Below are positions 57,504 through 64,000 of a stretch of 64,000 nucleotides of DNA, one piece after another. Source of the stretch: Rhynchopus sp. YZ270_cl-10 (taxonomy: Eukaryota); assembly GCA_964035575.1 (NCBI GenBank), contig OZ037835.1:1922001-1986000 (forward strand), in the 5' to 3' direction. The notes beneath the pieces are model-generated. The model saw only the letters and a list, made by a program, of their open reading frames with translations, was not told the DNA's origin and did no database searches. Position 1 is the first letter of the stretch. Each line of letters opens with the position of its first letter. A program made the translations under genes and the position numbers.

Positions 57504-60056
57504 ATGCAGTACAACGACTCCCCAGGTGGCGTTGACGATGTCTTTTTCGACGACGATCCTTGGGTACTAGAGACGTCACACCCTGCGGAGAACCACCACC
57601 ACCACCACCACACCTCACCTCCCTACCCCGGCAATGCGGACCTGAACAGCGAACACAACACGAAACCGCACGAAACGCAGTTCTATGGCCATGGGAACAA
57701 TACGGGGTATGATGTACAAAGCCCACAGCGCAGTGACGACGCTCACTTCGACCACAGAAGAGAACTTCACAGCACACAAGACGTGAACCACAGCGACGAC
57801 GACGCGCACTTTGACCACGACGCAGCATCCCCTTCTGAATGTGCCGCAGAAAGCTTCCACGACGAGCCCCTGGAGGCAGACACTGCTTGGGCCGCACACA
57901 GACGCATCGAAGAGCTGCGTGCGAACCCTGCCTACTGGGAAGCAGGGGGGGCTCGAAGTCGTGAGGCTGGAGGTGACGGTGGTGGAGGGCATCAGCGACA
58001 CCCTCAAGGGGTTCCGTACGTGACGACGCCACATAATGGGCCGGGAGGGGGAGGGGGAGGAGGAGGACGGAGAAGTGCAGGTGCTGGGGGTAGTGTCAGT
58101 GCAAAGGTGCCCGGTATTGCGTACAGCACGCCAGTGCGGAAGGGTGTGGTATGTGTGAAGGGGAGGGGGGTTTTTTTTGGGGAAATGTGTGACGTTGTGT
58201 GTGTGAAGTGGGTAGTGTACCATTTATTTGAGATGCAAACCACGAAATGGATGTAGGAACGGAATGGTTGGGTGCACCCGGTCATTGTACCAAGGTACAC
58301 GAGAGGGCTTTGTGTTTCAACTCTACTTATTTTTGAAGGAATAAATCACTTCGAAAAAATAAACGATTTTCGGCAGAAGAACAAAACCACACCTCCACCT
58401 CCTCAAAAGTAAAGCAGCTATTGCATGGGGTGATCTGGTTCTTAGTCACGGAACTATTCTCTCTTCACCTCTTCACTCCTCCATCCACCTCACCACATAA
58501 ACCCACAGGACAGCGACAAGGATGTCTCCTCCATCCTGCACGCCCTGAGCGAGGACGACGGCACCGAGGACGGCCTCGTGCACCAGATTGACACCCTGCA
58601 GGAGATGCTGCGTGCGAAACGCCGCCACGAACGCCTGCGTGGGCGTGCCACTGCACCGCTCCCGGGGCACGCTGCCACCACACCAGACGCGCCTGCGACA
58701 CACGAAGGTCTGTGGGCGACCCCAGGTGAAGAACAGAAGACACTGGCGGTGCCCCGCGAGGACAATGCAAGTGGAGCTGCAGGCATGGGCGGGGTGGGTG
58801 CCAACCCCAGCTCCGCTGCAGTTCCCGGAGTGGCAGCGGCTGTGTCGGGTGGAGTGGGGGTAGTGCCTGCGACGGTGCCTGGCGTTGCTGTGAGTGTGCC
58901 TGCTGCTGTGCCTGCTGCTGTGCCTGCCCCAAGACAGGACACAGCGGACTACCTATCACTCTTCCAGCAGGAGAGGAAGCGTACCGAGGTATGTTGTCAG
59001 TGTTCTTGAAATAATAGCACCCCCCCAAAGGGATCCCCCCGCCCTTATCAACGGAGTTAAAATTTTTTACAAGACATCTGTGCATTTCTAGTGAAATATT
59101 TCAGTTATCCACGAGTCGTTTTTTTCCTGGTTTTCTTTATCCAAACCGGATGTGTAATATTTTTTTTACAAAGGTTTTGAAAAATTCGGCACTATTGTTC
59201 TCCCCCCTTCACCACCACCACCCCACAGGCCCTGGAGGAACTCATGCGGCAGAAGTCCGACGAGTTTGCGGCGCGCGAGCAGCAGCTGCTCTCGGTCATC
59301 ACACAGCAGCACCGCCTCGCAGTCGAGCTGCAACACCAACACAAACAGTACGTCGCTGCAACTGTCGTGCGTGGCAGCACAGCTAACGCAGGCCTCACAC
59401 AGCCACACGACCCGCCCTCACCCTCCCCTGCACCGGCACCCCTTTACGTACGCAGCGGCAGTGTGCCCGGCGCTGCTCCCGGTGCAGACGGTCCGCGCAT
59501 CACTGTCACCTCTCCGTCGACGTCGCCCCCAGGGCCGGACGCAAAGTGGCTGCCTCGGTTGCCGGCAGAGTCGCCAGAGGAGTTGGTGCGTGCGACGCTT
59601 GCGGGGTATGGGGTGGCGGTGCCGGACCTGGGGGTGGGGGAGAAGCACTACCAGCAGCAACAGTCACAGCAGCAGCAGCATGACGTGCTGCAGCAGCAAC
59701 AATACCAACAACAACAACAGCAGCAGCAGCAACATGATGTGCAACAACAACAATACCAACAGCAACAACAACAGCAATACCAGCAACAACAGCAACAGCA
59801 ACAACAACATCAGGACCAGCACACCTCTGCTGCAGCCATGCTCCTGAAGCTAGTGGAGGAGCAGGCACAACGTTCGCAGCGTCAGCAGCATCAGCAGCAG
59901 CAGCAGCATACCGACCGTGCTGCCCCCGCCTCCCCTCTGCCCGCTGCAGTGCACCCGCACACACCGCTCCCGAGCACTCTGGGTGGCGTGGTGGCAGCCC
60001 ACGACACACCTATGGCATGGCAGGTGCCGCACACACCACTCTATAGTGGTAGGTAA
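57504..60056 (+). CDS. Hypothetical low-complexity/coiled-coil poly-Q protein; join(57504..58148,58509..58988,59229..60056), ~650 aa
   Basis: Two phase-0 GTATGT..CACAG introns join three ORFs in frame; poly-His, poly-Gly and long poly-Gln tracts. The stop overlaps a possible GTAAGG donor, so the 3' end is uncertain. Confidence 0.8.
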
Positions 60057-61805
60057 GGGGGAGGGAGGTGTGCAAGGTGGAAGTGGTGTGGTGATTGAGA
60101 TCATACAGTGTGGAGCTCATCTTCGGGGGAGGGGTACAGGACAATGTGACCAGGGGGAGGGCTTTTTACTGATGAGTCCGTCATATTTTACTCGATTAGA
60201 TTAGTGGAGTGGAAATTGTTTCACTAAAAAAAAAACAAAAATTGTGAAAACGGTATAAAATAATGTACATTGTGGAGCTCATCCTCAGGTGTCTACTCAA
60301 TAGAACAAAGCTTTCGAAAAGGATGTAGAGTCGTGGGAGTACATGGATGTTAGAGAATAAAACAGAGTAAATAAAAGAATGTAGAATTAACAAATCGTTT
60401 TTATTGTTCACTTTGTCAAAATCTCTTTGTTTTTCTCTTTGTCTATTTTTCCTGCATTTTTTATTCTCTTCTTTGTACTTTCTTTTGTTTTGGTTGTTGT
60501 TAGATAAGCTCAATCGCCTATCGAGTTCTGTGAATAGCACGGAACTCCTTTTCATGTGTATCCATGGAAATCAGTATCATGTGATACCGGGGCGTGAAAA
60601 AATGTGTAGTTTTGATTAAAAACATTCATCAGTGAAAAACACAAACCTTTTGCGGTGCGATAAACGAATAAGTGTTTTCTTTATTTCATTTAACTGTCAT
60701 ATCCTGAAGTCGTTTTCTATTTTAAAAGAAACCTTTAAAAATAACACAGATGGTGAACCGTGAACCACTCAAAAAGAGTGTAGCAGGTACACAACCCCCC
60801 CTGCGCGTGCCTTTTGTTAACTACAGAACAATATCTTTTCGTTGTCAGTACTGAGATTGGAGGCAAAACTGAAAACAAAAAGTCACGCCTTTTGTAATCG
60901 TCTGTGTGATCGGGATGCGTCCAATGAAAATCACGTCAGTAGAGAAGTTCGAGAATGTATGTTTTATTATTTTTGCAACTGACGCGCTGGAGAGGCCCTG
61001 GCCAAACACGGCGTGTTAGGGGAAATATATTCGTCGCACAGATAGATCAGAGACCCCACCCGATATGTTTTTCATTTTACCCTTTTGTGCACCGCCACCG
61101 ACACTCCCATTTTCTGTACTTCAGGCAATAATCATAATGCAGCACACACTGACACAATCCGCGTGTGTGGAAGCGTGCAATGCAACAAACGGTCGAGATC
61201 TGATCAAGCAGAACGGATATATTTCCACTTTTTTGTTTTGCCAGGATTTGAGTGTACAAACAAAGACTCGATCTATTTTTTTTTATACCAATTGCGATGT
61301 CAGGTGCTACCATGTCCTCTGTTTTTAGCATCATTGGACCAGAGAGAAACGTTTCCCGTTCCTTCACCTGTAGAACAACTAATCATATCGGGTGGCAGCA
61401 CCAGAGGTCTTCCTTGCACTATAAATGATTTTGGTAACTATTGTCTTTTTTGTTACGTGCAACGAGAGTAGACTACTTCGTTTCTGTTGTTGTTGTTGTT
61501 GTTGTTTTTTCAGTTTCCTTCCCACCCCCTCCCTGAAGCCCTTTCCTTTCCCCCTCTCCCCCAGTAGACCCAAAACCCTGTTTGTAGAATACGGCAACCC
61601 CCTCCACGTGTACGTTTTTGTCATTGCGTTCTGCACATTCCCGTCACGAGCGGGCTGTTGTATTTAAAGTCAACTTTATTTTTGAGGAAACCAGACACAT
61701 GGAATCCCTGTGTTGCATGTGTGTTCTTCGTCTTCTCTCGTACCCACAACCTCTGCACAAAAAGAAACCAACACAAAAGACACAGCAACAATACACAAAC
61801 ACACA

Positions 61806-63180
61806 ATGCCGAAGCGACACGCAGACAGCACGCAGGACGAGAACCCACGAAAGAGAAGACAGCTTTGTACATACGAAGTCTTCGCGGAGGCTGCCAGGAA
61901 CGGCGACACGGCTGCCGTGCGGGCGTTCCTTGAGAAGTTCAACCCAGATGGAAAGAAAGTGGCCTTCGATGCTGTGCACGAGGCATGCAGAGGGAACCAC
62001 GATGAATGCCTCACACTGCTTCTTCCGTATGTTGAGACAACGCAGATGGGCTTTGGGATCCTGCTGAGTGAGTGTGTCCACGCAGACCACGTTGCGTGCA
62101 CGGAGGTCCTCTTGCGGCATTGGAAGTCCGTCTGCAACAAAGTGGCGTTTGTCCCTCAGTCCATACACAGCGCGGCTCAGTCAGCGTATTCCTGTCCGGC
62201 CGCCATGTGGTCAGACCCTGCAGTGTGTCGCGTCTTGATTGATGCAGGTGCAGACTTACATACAAAGAACAAGTGGCAACAGTCGCCTCTGCACTCTGCT
62301 TGCGGTTCAGCAGCACTTGACGTTATGAAGATGTTGGTTGAAGCAGGTGCGAGCGTGCGTGCCACAGACAACCAAGGTTACACGTGTCTTTTCCATGCGG
62401 CGTATAAAGGACACATCGAGATTGTGCGCTATCTTGTGGGCTTGCCAGACGTTGATGTGAATCACCAAGGGTTTGAGAACTTCACTGCGTTGCACTCTGC
62501 GGTGTATGGGGAAGCAGAAGTGGTGCAGGTGCTGATTGATGCAGGTGCAGACATCGACACAAAGAACAACGAGGGAAATTCGCCTCTGCACTATGCTTGT
62601 GAAGAAGGATCACTTGATGCTGTGAAGATGTTGGTCAGAGCAGGTGCGGGCGTGCGTGACACAAATCACGCATGTCTTGTCTTGGCAGTGTGTTATGGAT
62701 GCATAGAGATTGTGCGCTATTTTGTGGGCTTGCCAGAGGTGGATGTGAATCACCGAGAGTCTTACCTCTCCACTGCGTTGCACTATTCTGTGAATAATAA
62801 GCACACAGACGTGGTGCAGGTGCTGATTGATGCAGGTGCAGACATCGACACACAGGACAACAGGGGATATTCGTCCTTGCACTACGGATCTTAACTACGG
62901 ATGTTCACCTCTGCACTCTGCTTGTAGATCAGGAGCACTTTACATTGTGAAGATGTTGGTCAGAGCAGGTGCGGGAGTGCGTGCCACAGACAATGATGGG
63001 TGCACGTGTCTTATCCGTGCGGCACGTTGTGGAAACACCGAGACTGTGCGCTATCTTGTGGGCTTGCCAGATGTGGAACTGAATCACCGTGACACTGCAA
63101 AGAACTACACTGCGTTGCAGTATGCGGTGGAGGAAAAGCACACAGACATCGTGCAGTTGCTGCTTGTACTTGCAGTTTGA
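61806..63180 (+). pseudogene. Ankyrin-repeat protein, disrupted near 62890 (stop at 62894, repeats resume in another frame to 63180)
   Basis: ATG 61806 (MPKRHADS); multiple SPLHxA..G..VKMLVxAGA and TALH..VVQVLIDAGADID repeats; ACTACGGAT duplicated around the premature TAA. Could be a functional truncated gene or an assembly error. Confidence 0.75.
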
Positions 63181-64000
63181 ACAGCAACAGCAACAACAGG
63201 CCGTGCTCCTGAGGCTCCTGGAGAAGGAGAAGCAACGCTCGCAGCAGCGGCAGCAGTGACCGTGCTGCCCCCGCCTCCCCTCTGCCCGCTGCAGTGCACC
63301 CGCACACACCGCTCCCGAACACTCTGGTGATGGGCGTGTCCTCAGCCTCTACACCACAGTACGTAGCAAAGTCCCGGCTCTCTTAGGTCTTGTCTAAGAT
63401 GAGAACCGCCACTGATGTTCGGCCCGCCCTTTTGTTCGGCGGTACCTTTGTCATCTGTGGCGGTATCTTAACCCTAGGTAAGGGTCTGGTTCAGGTGGGT
63501 AGGGATCAGACCGATAAGAAGATGATTCTCGTGCTCCTCACCTCTCCCCCACACTACATGAGTACACTCGATGAGACATTTGGTCTGGGAGGGTTTGGGG
63601 TTTTCTTTGAGTTCAATTGTAGTATGTGCTCTGTCTGAGGAAGCGTTCCAACTTTTCAATCTCCCCCTCATTTTTTCGTTTACAATTCTTTCCTACGCCC
63701 CGTTTTTAGAATGAACAGAGTGTGTACCTTCCGATTTTGAGCTTGAAAAAGCAAAAAATGTTCCCCAGGCCGAAGTTCATCATGGCGAAGTGAAGGGAAA
63801 GTTACCTGAAGTTAAGTCGTGCCCAATAAAAGAACTGCCATCGACTTCTGATCCGTCATTATGTCGTCGGGACTTTGCTACCTACCGTAGTACAACCAGG
63901 TTTTCGAAAGAAGATGCAAAAAATGTAATCATTATGAACAAGATAAAACAATAAGCTCGCGTTTGTTTTATCGAACAGATTTTATTCTCCGCCCCGTACC

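Noticed and set aside
61110..61121. TTTCTGTACTT resembling the euglenozoan spliced-leader 3' end
   Set aside because: Only ~11 nt match; the rest of the leader is absent.

Overview
Eukaryotic nuclear DNA, most likely a euglenozoan protist such as a diplonemid (inference). All ~17 credible protein-coding loci lie on the + strand. Eight introns can be reconstructed, all with GTATGT donors and CACAG acceptors preceded by C/A-rich rather than polypyrimidine tracts. In order, the window holds: a 31-bp minisatellite; a decayed eEF2 pseudogene; a WSC/Pro-rich/multi-TM surface protein with a 1-nt frameshift; an orphan helical protein; a 1757-aa NLR-like protein (acylation motif, ankyrin, R-S-ExE ADP-ribosyltransferase, NACHT/STAND NTPase, pentapeptide, 14 WD40); a tandem pair of receptor-type pseudo-cyclases; a tandem pair of GH18 chitobiases; a GILT thiol reductase; four ubiquitin-like + BspA-type LRR + CaaX paralogues with variable repeat numbers and hypervariable repeat positions; a 2.3-kb polarised 8-bp satellite; an EF-hand protein; an SLC35A nucleotide-sugar transporter; a 3-exon poly-Q protein; and a disrupted ankyrin gene. 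Intergenic DNA is dense in small non-autonomous transposons (hAT-type with 8-bp TSDs, a TA-TSD MITE containing a nested MITE) and short dispersed repeats. The best candidates for an undescribed system are the ART-effector NLR-like receptor and the diversifying UBL-LRR-CaaX family, together suggesting a protist innate-sensing toolkit. Domain calls are by eye from motifs; no searches were run.
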